A stretch of DNA of 63,134 bases, the filler included, from Octopus bimaculoides (lineage: Eukaryota): assembly GCF_001194135.2 (NCBI RefSeq). It is 9 parts of 8 records of this genome, joined end to end, with 100 filler letters (N's around TTAATTAATTAA, not from the genome) between each part and the next. Parts side by side here need not be neighbours in the genome. Positions count along the whole stretch, not along the records: positions 1 to 27,498 come from NC_068990.1; 8 more parts are not named here. One strand, given 5' to 3'. Shown here one piece after another: positions 12,372-23,725 of this stretch (positions are counted from its first letter, which is position 1; the number at the start of each line of letters is the position of its first letter). The position numbers and the translations under genes were made by a program. The notes under the pieces were generated by a model, which did no database searches, was not told the DNA's origin, and was given only the letters and a program-made list of their open reading frames with translations.

Positions 12372-13050
12372 AAGGCGCCGAACTGACAGAATCGTTAGCA
12401 CACTGGATGAAATGCTTAGTGGTATTTTGCCCGTCGCTACGTTCTGAGTTCAAATTCCGCCGAGGTCGATCTAGCCTTTCATCCTTTCGGGATCGATGAA
12501 ATAAGTAGCCGTTACATACTGGGATCGATGAAATAAGTACCAGCTACGTACTCTCCCAAATTTCAGGCCTTGTGCCGATAGTAGAAAGGATTATTAGCAT
12601 TAAAAGGAAGGCGGTTAGTTGGCAGAATCGTTAGCACGGCAGGCAAAATGCTTAGTGGTATTTACGTTCAAATTCCGCCGAGGTCGACTTTGCCTTTCAT
12701 CCTTCCGAGGTCGATAAAATAAGTACCAGTTGAGCACTGGAGTCAATAGAATCGATTTACCCCCTTCCTCCGAACTTGCTAGCTTCGTACCAAAATTTGA
12801 AACCATTATTAGCATTAAAAGGCAGGTGGTGAGCTTGAATCGATTGCACGCCGGACAAAATGCTTAGAGGCATTTCGTCCGTCTTAGTAGTATTTCGTTC
12901 GTCTTAGCGATATTCTGTCGTTTTGTAGGAGGTCGACTTTATTTTTCATCTTTCGGGGTTGATAAAATAAGTATAAGTTGAGTGCTAAGATCGATATAAT
13001 CGAACTGCTTCTCCCCCAAAATTTCAGGCTTCGTGCATAAAGTAAAAAGA
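12372..13050 (+). mobile_element. Three head-to-tail SINE family A copies
   Basis: Units run 12372-12589, 12608-12804 and 12823-13050, each with head, TTCAAATTCCGCCGAGGTCGAC-like core and tail, separated by ATTATTAGCATTAAAAGG. Confidence 0.9.
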
Positions 13051-13379
13051 ATTATTAGCATTAACAGGAAACAAGTTAAGGTCTAATTTATAATTCATAG
13101 TAAGAATATTAAAGCTAATATAATCAAAGTTATTAATCTATTATTTATTGGTTATTATTAATGATCTATTATTAGTAAATATTGTATAAATTTTAATTGC
13201 TGTTTAGTTTTGTTACAAAAAATGTATTCAATAAACTATCGTTTTAAGTTTAAATATAAATAGTGAAAGCTTCATACTAAATGTTAACGTAGTGTTATTA
13301 GGATATAGTACTAATTAGTTCAATTAATTTCCTTCGATAACAACCCCTTGTAATGATAAATTGTTATTCCGGTTGATAA

Positions 13380-14830
13380 TAAAAGGGATGTTTTTTCTGG
13401 TCCCGTGAGAACATCTTATACGTAGTTCTTCAACTTTAATCCTTAGAGGTTTCTTACATTACAAGACTTCAAGAATTTCCATGCAACGCAAAGAACATCC
13501 ACTACTACTAACACCACCACCATCACCACCACCACCAGAGTATAGCAGAGTGTTTTTTATAATAAATCACGAAATTTAGTGATCAAACCCAGTTATTTTT
13601 CTTTTAATTCCTACATATGTGTAGCCAATGCAGTTGATTTAGCTTTGTACTCTCTTATAAAAGTGCGTAAATGGTTACATAATCTTGATTTAAAGCTGTT
13701 AGTCATAGCACCTATATATGTAAAGAGCCGATTCGAAGACATAACTGTGCATTTATAAACAATATTCCTAAATAAATATTTATTATTCAGTGGGAAATCA
13801 GTTGCCCTTCTGAAGTTACCCAATTTATTATTACCGTACTGTGGTTATTATTTACATTGCTATTATTACTACTAGTGTCATTGTTGTTTCTCACCTAATT
13901 TTCCTATATATGAGGATTGTAATTTCTATCAAAATTATTGCTAGCATTTTAACTACTATTAATTGTATAATTGGGTTTATTATAGTTACTAACGCCATGA
14001 GCTGCATTGATAAAGATAGTTTGTTAGCACCCGAGTCATATTTCGGATGTTGCATATAATCAACAATATTAAAGTTTATATAGTAAACGCAATCGTTGAT
14101 AGAGTTAACAAGAGACGATTTTTTTCTTTGTGCTAACTACACTGGGAATATCTCGATGTTCTAACATATCCACCTACCTAATGATATTCAATATTCTACT
14201 ATAGGAGCAAAACTTAAGAGAAGAAATAGGGCCTTTATTCATGTGTGTATCCACGTTGTACATATTTTGGAACAAGTTTCTCAGTTTATAATGGTTAATA
14301 GGATCGTTGTTATCAGCCAATTAGGCGTGGTTGAATACGAAAGTTTAATAGTGCAATTATTAAAATTTATTCTTTACTTGCAAGAGGGGGTGGGGGAAAT
14401 TGCGCTCCCCAGCTTTGAAGAAATTTTTACCTGAGTACTAAATTTTACAACAGGATGATTATACCACAGGATCTCTTTCTCTCTTTCTGTCTCTCTTTCT
14501 TTCTTTCTCTCTCTCTCTCTCTCTCTCTTACGTAATCGACTGTTACTATTCGAAGTCGGATATGGGGGTGCCCACATTATGTTTGGTGTGCTTATGATGT
14601 CTGACCATTGGATTATTCCCTTCTTCCTGCGTGGAAGCTTTAATAAAATATTGACCATTAGAATACTTAAGTATGCCAGAAGCGTGGTACATTTTAAAAA
14701 TCTCACCTGTTGTGTGATTTTTAGACATAGGTGTACGGACCTCGGTATTATATATCTTTATGCTACCACACGCTGAATTATACTTAACTGACGTGTTTTT
14801 ATAATCAGTATTGGAATAGGAAGTAGAGCG
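13380..14830 (-). mobile_element. Decayed Penelope-like element (RT C-terminus, linker, GIY-YIG)
   Basis: Minus-strand fragments are ILWYNHP...KFL...FP, FNNCTIKLSYSTTPN (~14380-14290) and FPLNNKYLFRNIVYKC...YIGAMTNSFKSRLCNHLRTF...STALATH (13823-13611). The element is interrupted by (GA)n and (GGT)n tracts. Confidence 0.75.
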
Positions 14831-14868
14831 ATCATTAACCATACCCTGCATCTTATTTTAATATATGA

Positions 14869-14901
<33 letters not shown>

Positions 14902-14927
14902 TGTATATGTCCGCAGGAATGCATATA

Positions 14928-15006
<79 letters not shown>

Positions 15007-15627
15007 CTAAACATTCATCAATATATGTGTGTGGGGGTAAAAATAACAATAATCCCTGGATGGAACATATAAGCATTTAATGCATCGCTACTACACTGTA
15101 ATCATCTCAGGAATACGGATTGTGATCTTAAATGATAAGTGATTTGTGGAAACACGCGTAGCGATGCAGCAAATGTTTATAAATTTCATCAAAAAATTAT
15201 CTTTATTATTATATTATTTATCCTACGTTATATCGGTACAGCTCGATGCAACTAAAAAAAACTGGCTCACCACTCAGCATCATTAGACCGTGGTCGGCAT
15301 AATGGAATAGGAGCTTTATTTGCATATTCTAAACGTTTCCCGTAAACAAATTCAAAAGATATATATATCTTGCGTTCGCTAAAATAAGTGCCAGACTTTT
15401 AAGAAAATAAACACTGGGATCGATTTATTTGACTAAAATTCTTCAAGGCGATGCTCTTGCAAGGCTGCAGCATAATGACGGAAACCCATAAAAATAAAAG
15501 ATGCATTCATACATCCTACACAGACACATACACACACACACACACACACACATACACACATATACACACACACATATACATACATACATACATACATACA
15601 TACATACATACATACATACATACATAA

Positions 15628-16170
15628 AAAGGAGTACTGGTAGAATGTCCCAGTGAAGACCTCAATAAAATGTAAGCACAACAGACCTGATATAATGATA
15701 TAGAGAAGAGAAACTGTGTACAGCTGTGGAAATTAGTTGCCCAGCGGATGTTAACATAAAGCTGAAGCTCAGTGAAAAAGAGAATACCTACACTGAACTA
15801 TTGAGAAATCTGCAGTTACTCTATCCAGATTACAAGTTCAGGTTTATAGCTGTAATTATTGGGGCCCTGGGATATGTAACACACTGCCTAAATACCAATT
15901 TTGAGAAATTAGCCTTCTCAAAGCCAGAAAGAAGAAAGCTAATTCGAAGACTACAGATCCAATCCATCACTGGAACTGTAAAAGTCTGTAAAACTTTCGA
16001 GAAGTTTATCATTTAAATATATATGAGCATGTATAGATATGTGACTATATGCATGAGAATACATACATAAAGCAAAACATACAAATCTGCATACATACAT
16101 ACATAGATACATACATACATACTCTGTTGTTCATGTTGAAATTCCAATGAAGGAACCTTGGATCTAGGTA
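15628..16170 (+). mobile_element. REL-endonuclease non-LTR retrotransposon (R4/Dong/NeSL-like), 3' end
   Basis: KEYW*NVPVKTSIKCKHNRPDIMI*REEKLCTAVEISCPADVN...FIAVIIGALG...TVKVCKTFEKFII* (RPD...E-x-S/K...IGALG REL signature), followed by an (ATAC)n-containing 3' UTR. Confidence 0.85.
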
Positions 16171-16174
16171 ATCC

Positions 16175-16620
16175 CATGAGACATAACATTGTTACTAAGG
16201 CTAAAGGATTGTCTTCGCGGCTATACCAAAGACATTAGAGAGTAGTCACACCTTTAAACGTAATAGATACTGGTGGAACATTCCAATAAAAGCAGCTACC
16301 TGATGTAAGCACAACTGAACTGATATAGTTATATGGGACAGGGAGCAAAAGTCTTGCACCGTTGAAGAGATCAGCTACACGGTCGACGTAAATGCCACGT
16401 GAGAAAAAGAAAAAGTACGGAACAGCTGTAGTGAAGTAATGAGAAGCAAACACCTGTTATATCCAGGCTACAGATTGTATATATTATCATAGGTTCGTTT
16501 GGCTGCGTAACAACAGACTTCCATAGAAACTTACAAATGCTTGGATTCTCAAAAGAGGGAAAGAGAAGATTAGAGATACATTGCAAGATGTGTAAAACAT
16601 TTCCGAGATTTTCCATTTGA
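16175..16620 (+). mobile_element. Second, more decayed copy of the same REL family, head-to-tail with the first
   Basis: RYWWNIPIKAAT*CKHN*TDIVIWDREQKSCTVEEISY...LLYPGY...CKMCKTF aligns with 15628-16016. Confidence 0.75.
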
Positions 16621-17460
16621 GATTGCTAGATGAACATATATACACAATTGCATATACATACGGAATATATATATGTCCGTACGTATTTTAACAATAACGA
16701 AACATACATATAGCTGTGTTTATCGAGACACACACAACCACGAGACACGAGTTTATCCACAAGCACACAAACGCACATATGCACAACATACGCTCACAAA
16801 TATGCATACATTAAGCAATTCCGGTCCTATTAGATAAATAAATAATATGAAGATAAAATAATATAAAATAAAATAATTGTCCACCGACTAGATAACTTAA
16901 CTCACGATTAAAATACTTTTAAATAATTTAAAGTCATTCGAAGGTAATTAAAAGATATATATATATTTGAAATAGTCAAATACTTTCCTCAACCGGTACA
17001 ACTTCAAATAAAGCTGTCTTCCAAGGTAAAATCCCAAACATCCTGAAAAAGTTGTTTCTATTCGCATTATTATTATATTATTATATTATCTTATCTTCAT
17101 ATTATTTATTTATCTAATAGGACTGGTATTTTTGAATTTTTAGTCGTCTTATTTTAACTTTTGTATTATAGACCTTTTGTGTTATATTATATATATAAAA
17201 AATGCATCATACGCTTTTTTATATATATTTTTAACTCGATTTAGATTTATCTGTATTTTTATTAGAATATATGCTATTTCAAATTGTACACTTTATATAT
17301 ATGTATTATTTTTATTCATATGCTTTTCTTATGTGTTTGTGCACCATGGTGTATTTCTTATATATGATTGTTTGTTTGAGGGGTACTGTTTTTGTTGAGT
17401 CGTTGACCCGAACATAATGTTTTTATTCTGTTACTAATGCCTTTTCATATACATATACAT

Positions 17461-17493
<33 letters not shown>

Positions 17494-18364
17494 CACACAC
17501 ACATATATATNNNNNNNNNNNNNNNNNNNNNNNNNNNNNNNNNNNNNNNNNNNNNNNNNNNNNNNNNNNNNNNNNNNNNNNNNNNNNNNNNNNNNNNNNN
17601 NNNNNNNNNNNNNNNNNNNNNNNNNNNNNNNNNNNNNNNNNNNNNNNNNNNNNNNNNNNNNNNNNNNNNNNNNNNNNNNNNNNNNNNNNNNNNNNNNNNN
17701 NNNNNNNNNNNNNNNNNNNNNNNNNNNNNNNNNNNNNNNNNNNNNNNNNNNNNNNNNNNNNNNNNNNNNNNNNNNNNNNNNNNNNNNNNNNNNNNNNNNN
17801 NNNNNNNNNNNNNNNNNNNNNNNNNNNNNNNNNNNNNNNNNNNNNNNNNNNNNNNNNNNNNNNNNNNNNNNNNNNNNNNNNNNNNNNNNNNNNNNNNNNN
17901 NNNNNNNNNNNNNNNNNNNNNNNNNNNNNNNNNNNNNNNNNNNNNNNNNNNNNNNNNNNNNNNNNNNNNNNNNNNNNNNNNNNNNNNNNNNNNNNNNNNN
18001 NNNNNNNNNNNNNNNNNNNNNNNNNNNNNNNNNNNNNNNNNNNNNNNNNNNNNNNNNNNNNNNNNNNNNNNNNNNNNNNNNNNNNNNNNNNNNNNNNNNN
18101 NNNNNNNNNNNNNNNNNNNNNNNNNNNNNNNNNNNNNNNNNNNNNNNNNNNNNNNNNNNNNNNNNNNNNNNNNNNNNNNNNNNNNNNNNNNNNNNNNNNN
18201 NNNNNNNNNNNNNNNNNNNNNNNNNNNNNNNNNNNNNNNNNNNNNNNNNNNNNNNNNNNNNNNNNNNNNNNNNNNNNNNNNNNNNNNNNNNNNNNNNNNN
18301 NNNNNNNNNNNNNNNNNNNNNNNNNNNNNNNNNNNNNNNNNNNNNNNNNNNNNNNNNNNNNAAA

Positions 18365-18445
18365 TCCATTGACAAGGCTTTGGTCGGCCCGAGGATATAG
18401 TAGAAGACTGAACCCGGAACCATGTGGTTGGTAAGCAAGTTACTT
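18365..18445 (-). mobile_element. SINE family B, 5' fragment
   Basis: GGCTTTGGTCGGCCCGAGG...GACTGAACCCGGAACCATGTGGTTGGTAAGCAAG. Confidence 0.75.
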
Positions 18446-18499
18446 TATTTCATTCAATTTACCATCAAGGCATTACACAGAAGTAGTAGCTGCGGGCTG

Positions 18500-19370
18500 G
18501 ACAATAACATTAATGAGATGAATGATGAAAAAAAATGGTATTAATGATGGAAGGCAGAAGACGCCCGCCGATCTCTGCTTCTCTAAAACATTGTTCTTTT
18601 ACAAACATATAATTTGAGGTAATAAACTTCTTACTAATGTTCCATTTGGACTCAAGGTCCTTACAATGAGGCACTACGCCTCTTACCAAAAATAACACCA
18701 TGTTCTTAAAAATGAGACACTAGGCCTCTGATATTTTCTTTTATGGGCCATATGCTCTTTCAGTATGAGGCACTCAACCTCTTAATTTTACAATTTTCTG
18801 CCCAACCGGCACCCTACCAGGCTCAAAGCGTTACTCAAGCACTCCGATAGTGCCAGGTCACGGTGCCTTAATCGGAAGCGGAATACATCTTCTGGGAAGG
18901 AGTCCATTTTCCGTGTCTGGGATGACTTCCACAGCTAGCTGCGGAGGCCATCCAGGATCTTTAATGCTGGTTATGTCTCCTCCCCTGGCAAACTTTTTAG
19001 TAGACTTACCCTCCACCTCTCTCCTGCGGGAGAAGACCAAATATTGTTCCTCCATTGGGTCGAGGCCACAACTTCCACCGTCGGTGGCACAATTCCCTCC
19101 GACAGGGCTTCAGAATATGTCAGCAGTGTACTAACCACCGGTACTGTCCCGTTTCCCCCTTTGCTACGGGAGGGTGTAGTTCTTCCGCTTTAACCGGAGG
19201 ATCTTCTCCCCCCCCCCCGCAACCTAGGGGTCCTTCGGTGGGCAACTATTGTTGCCCACCTTCTTCCTTTTTCCCCCCTTTTCCGGGGGGGGGATCTTCC
19301 CTGCCTCCATCTCTCCCTCCGAAAGAAGAGATGAGGGTTCTTCCATCACTAACTGTTCCAGGACCTTACC
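18500..19370 (-). other. Unclassified GC-richer, coding-like relic (possible retroelement ORF1/5' region)
   Basis: Composition contrasts with the flanks. There are broken minus-strand frames (…TYSEALSEG…; …LAVEVIPDTENGLLPRRCIPLP…) and a 10-bp hairpin at 19237-19260. No motif was recognised with certainty. Confidence 0.3.
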
Positions 19371-20300
19371 ACACAAGCTACTTACCACACAACCATTCTT
19401 GCACCTATAACCACTCCAATATATATAAGTAATGTGGGAATTCATGTGTATGCGGAGAAGCTATACAAAATATTCCATCGTTTAACTGCCAGGAGAGGAT
19501 ACAGTCTGATAACGAAAGGGCTGGAGAGGTGAAGTCACGTTTACAAGCAACACGTGAACTGTCACACCTGGTTTCAACAACATACGTTAGCCAACTGGGT
19601 AAGCAACCACAGGTGGGATGGTCATTTTAGGAACTGAAATATGTGTGTGTGTGCGTGTGTACACATATGCGTACGTGTGTTTATATATGCGTATCTATAT
19701 ATATATATATNNNNNNNNNNNNNNNNNNNNNNNNNNNNNNNNNNNNNNNNNNNNNNNNNNNNNNNNNNNNNNNNNNNNNNNNNNNNNNNNNNNNNNNNNN
19801 NNNNNNNNNNNNNNNNNNNNNNNNNNNNNNNNNNNNNNNNNNNNNNNNNNNNNNNNNNNNNNNNNNNNNNNNNNNNNNNNNNNNNNNNNNNNNNNNNNNN
19901 NNNNNNNNNNNNNNNNNNNNNNNNNNNNNNNNNNNNNNNNNNNNNNNNNNNNNNNNNNNNNNNNNNNNNNNNNNNNNNNNNNNNNNNNNNNNNNNNNNNN
20001 NNNNNNNNNNNNNNNNNNNNNNNNNNNNNNNNNNNNNNNNNNNNNNNNNNNNNNNNNNNNNNNNNNNNNNNNNNNNNNNNNNNNNNNNNNNNNNNNNNNN
20101 NNNNNNNNNNNNNNNNNNNNNNNNNNNNNNNNNNNNNNNNNNNNNNNNNNNNNNNNNNNNNNNNNNNNNNNNNNNNNNNNNNNNNNNNNNNTATATATAT
20201 ATATGTATGTATGTATGTATATATACATGTACACATACATATACAAATAGATATGCATTATGCATACGCATGCACATACACATATCCATCCATACACACA

Positions 20301-20349
<49 letters not shown>

Positions 20350-20776
20350 ATTATTACAGATCCAAAACAGCCTCTCCTTTTCCTTTCCCGTTTAATTACC
20401 TCTCTTTTTCTTTGTTGGTTTTACTCTTCTTCTGTGTTTTCTTTTCATTTTTCTTTCCCGTCTCTTGACAGTTATCGCGTGATTTTTTTTATCTAGTAAT
20501 TTTAGTTTTATATTTATTTCGTTGTTAACCACAACACCTATTAACTTTTCCTCAGTCTATCAATTTATTTGTCTATCTGTCAGCGCCTATCTATCAATCT
20601 ATCTGTTTTCTGTCTGTCTGTTACTCTGTCTGTATGTCTCCCTGTCTGTCTATCTCTTTGTCTGTCTATTTAGCTAGGTATCCTTCAGTCTATCTATCCA
20701 TCCAGTTTTCTGTATTTCTCTCCCTCTCTCTTTCTCTCTCTCCCTCTCTCTCCTCTCTTTCTCTGTCTCTCTTTAC

Positions 20777-21075
20777 ATTCTTTTACTCGTTTCAGTCGTG
20801 TGGCTGCGGTCATGCTGGAGCACTACCGGGGTCTTTTTGATTTCCTCAGTCTGGGGTGCTTCGCATCACTACTGTTGTATGTCCCTTTGTCCTAGCTGTT
20901 GGCCCATTTGGTGTATAAGGGAGTTTGATTCCGTCTGCACCTCATGTCGAGCTGTTGGTTCATTCGGTATTGTGGAAAGGAGGGTGTCTAGTTCCTTTTT
21001 AAAGACATTTACTTCTACCTTACGCAGATTTAATTTTTGTGGCGGGGCGTTGAAGAGCTGTGGGCCTTTGAACCT
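20777..21075 (-). mobile_element. CR1/L2-type LINE 3' end with short 3' UTR and the tail shared with SINE B
   Basis: The minus strand reads FKGPQLFNAPPQK...FKKELDTLLSTIPNEP...SNSLIHQM... to a stop at 20869-20871, then ~45 nt, then GGTAGTGCTCCAGCATGACCGCAGCCACACGACTGAAACGAGTAAAAGAAT. Confidence 0.75.
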
Positions 21076-21195
21076 ATATTATATATGTCGATTTGTCTGT
21101 TCGTGTGTTTGTTTCTCAGACTGTTTCTCTGTACATATATATATTTATTCATCTTTGTATCTATCTATCTATCTACCTATCTATCTACCTACTTA

Positions 21196-21231
<36 letters not shown>

Positions 21232-21929
21232 ATCCATCTATCTATGTGTCTGCCTGTCAGTGTAAGCTTCTTTCAGTGCATTTCTCTTCACGCTCTCCCC
21301 AACAGCTCATCACATCATTAAATGCTACGCGATGCTGAATGCTGCAAGTAATTACAGGAATAACAATAACAACAACGATAACAAGAACAACAATAGCAAC
21401 CACACTAACGATTAAACAACTGCAGAGAAAGACCAAACAGAAACTAAAACAACAACAATAACAATAAAAGGTTTCAGTGTCCATCCCTCCCCCAATTAGC
21501 TTTAAATTGAGACATGCAAAAAAAGAAATATTAGTTTAATTGGAGAAGAGAGAACATCTGGAGGTAGAAGCAACAGACCGGCCCAGGTGGAGAGATAGAA
21601 GAAATATTTCGATAATAGTAGTAGCTAGGTTTGACTAGACGGAGGACTTTCTAAATTGTTGTTGCTTAGGTTCAGATCAGACATGATTACTAAATCAAAA
21701 GCTTTCCATCTATGGCCATCCTGTCTATATAATACAATCTAAACTTCCTTGTTTTAAACAGCTACTTCTTGCAGACCTTCTTCATTGATTCATCAGGCCC
21801 TACATTTTATCGTACCTTGTCCCCTTGGATTTCAAGGTCCTTCGAAGGCTCCAAAACCCCAATATTTTAAGAAAGAATTTTAAGAAAGCCATATATTTTA
21901 TGAAGAGGTGTCACTGAGGTCTACAAAAG

Positions 21930-22130
21930 ATGTTGTTGTGGTTTTACCGCTGGTGTGTTTTGATGAAACGAACCTGCGATCAAAGATATCCGCGCCTTAA
22001 TCCTTTCGCTTTCTATTTCCAGACAAATGTATCTAGGACTACATCATCCAATGTGTACTTCCGTTTTTTAAGCCGGTAGATTAGAATTTGAACGACATTT
22101 GACTGGTATTTCTGGCAAGTCGAGTTACCA
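21930..22130 (+). repeat. Interspersed repeat family C fragment
   Basis: ...ATGTATCTAGGACTACATCATCCAATGTG...GATTAGAATTTGAACGACATTTGACTGGTATTTCTGGCAAGTCGAG. Related pieces lie on the opposite strand at ~1570-1690 and ~57930-58070. Confidence 0.5.
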
Positions 22131-22243
22131 CACTATAAAAGAAAGTGATTGGCTTCAACTACAAATCACAACTGGATTTGCGAGTTCTCGCCAGGAACAG
22201 AATTGTTACTCTACAACAGTCATTGATCATCTTGTGAACATAA

Positions 22244-22310
22244 GCGGTGCTCCAGCATGGCCACAGTCAAATGACTGGAACAAGTAAAAGAATAAACGAA
22301 TAAAAGAATA
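22244..22310 (+). mobile_element. Isolated SINE B/LINE 3' tail
   Basis: AAGCGGTGCTCCAGCATGGCCACAGTCAAATGACTGGAACAAGTAAAAGAATA. Confidence 0.8.
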
Positions 22311-22707
22311 GATTGTTGTTCAGCTTATAATTTTAAATCAGTCAACTCTGATCAAACAGATGTATAATCGAAGCATCCCCAATCCCATCTTATTTTCAGA
22401 CATTGCTTTCTAAGGTTGTAAGGTATAAGAAGGAGTATAATAAATACTTCTTAGGATTAACAGACGAAACCATGGTACGTAGGTAATCGTTTCATTTTGT
22501 ATATTTTCATTTGTCTTGCTCATTTTTACATTCTTGCGGTTGCTGAAATTTTCTTGAGAACACACTTTTCGTGGCAAGGAGATTTTACGTCTATTTTTAG
22601 CATATAAGGAATCCACTTTAGTGGTCATTCCTCTAATATTTTATATATACACGTATTTATATATATGTATGTGTATATAAATGTATATATTTATATATAT
22701 ATGTATG

Positions 22708-22748
<41 letters not shown>

Positions 22749-22821
22749 NNNNNNNNNNNNNNNNNNNNNNNNNNNNNNNNNNNNNNNNNNNNNNNNNNNN
22801 NNNNNNNNNNNNNNNNNNNNN

Positions 22822-22854
<33 letters not shown>

Positions 22855-23110
22855 TTACAGGGAATGACGCGGGCGTTCGATCATGTAAAACAAATAATAA
22901 ATGGAGTATATGCATATACCTGTATATATAGGTGCATGTCAGGGTACAGGACATTGCAAACAGAACGGAAACAAAAAAATAATGACTAGAGTACAGAAAA
23001 CACACAGGCCACATAGAGAACATTTTCCTTCATCAGCTACCCCCATTCTAACACAGGCGTTTCGAAGAGTAGGGCAGGACGCATCGTTAAAATGGTTCTT
23101 CCCACGGACC

Positions 23111-23144
23111 ACAAATTAAATTTGTATACACAAATTTAATTTGT
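23111..23144. repeat. Perfect 15-bp inverted repeat, 4-nt spacer
   Basis: ACAAATTAAATTTGT-ATAC-ACAAATTTAATTTGT. Confidence 0.9.
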
Positions 23145-23454
23145 ACAATGGAGGAATGTCGTGGCGGACAAAAAACAAGACAGGAAAACAAACGGAAAAG
23201 AAAACAAGACAGAAAACAAACGGAAAAGGCTATACGGCCAGACGTGAAAAATTATGTGTATATAGAACGCTGTGAAGCAACGAACTGGAAGCGGGACGAA
23301 GTAAATTCGCGTGTTTGCTCGGCGATAGCCAAGGAAGAAAAGAATTAGTAACTAGACACATGTGACCAGCGATGGGTAAGGTAGAGAGAGAGTGGTAGAG
23401 GGAGAAACAAGGGGAGGAAGTAGAAAATAGGTGAGCAACGAGAGGAAGAGAGAA

Positions 23455-23585
23455 ATATAATAGTAACAGAAGGAAGAACGAGAGAGGGAAAGAGAGAGAT
23501 ATATAGTAGTAACAGAAGATAGAACGAGAGGGGTAAAGAGAGAGATACGTAGTAGTAACAGAAGGAAGAATGAGAGGGGGAAAAA
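23455..23585. repeat. 46-bp purine-rich minisatellite, ~3 copies
   Basis: TAGTAACAGAAG recurs at 23461, 23507 and 23553. Confidence 0.85.
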
Positions 23586-23591
23586 AGTTAC

Positions 23592-23725
23592 TTCAACCGG
23601 TGTCGATTTTGCCTTTCATCCCTTTCAGAGGCGATTAAATACGTACCAGTTAAACACTGGGGTTGATATAATCGACTTATCCCTCCCTTAAAATTGCTCA
23701 CCTTGTATCGAAATGTGAAACCAAC
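23592..23725 (+). mobile_element. SINE family A, 3' half
   Basis: GTCGATTTTGCCTTTCATCC...CACTGGGGTTGATATAATCGACTT...GAAACC. Confidence 0.8.

Noticed and set aside
10680-13850. Selenocysteine (TGA at Cys positions), as reported for some Naiad PLEs
   Set aside because: The Cys positions I could align carry TGT/TGC or ordinary point mutations (AGC, GGT, TTC, TAT), not TGA.
17003-17061. Possible 59-nt minus-strand coding exon (TTTTTCAG|...|GTATTT)
   Set aside because: The donor is weak, there is no recognisable protein similarity, and it has no partner exons.
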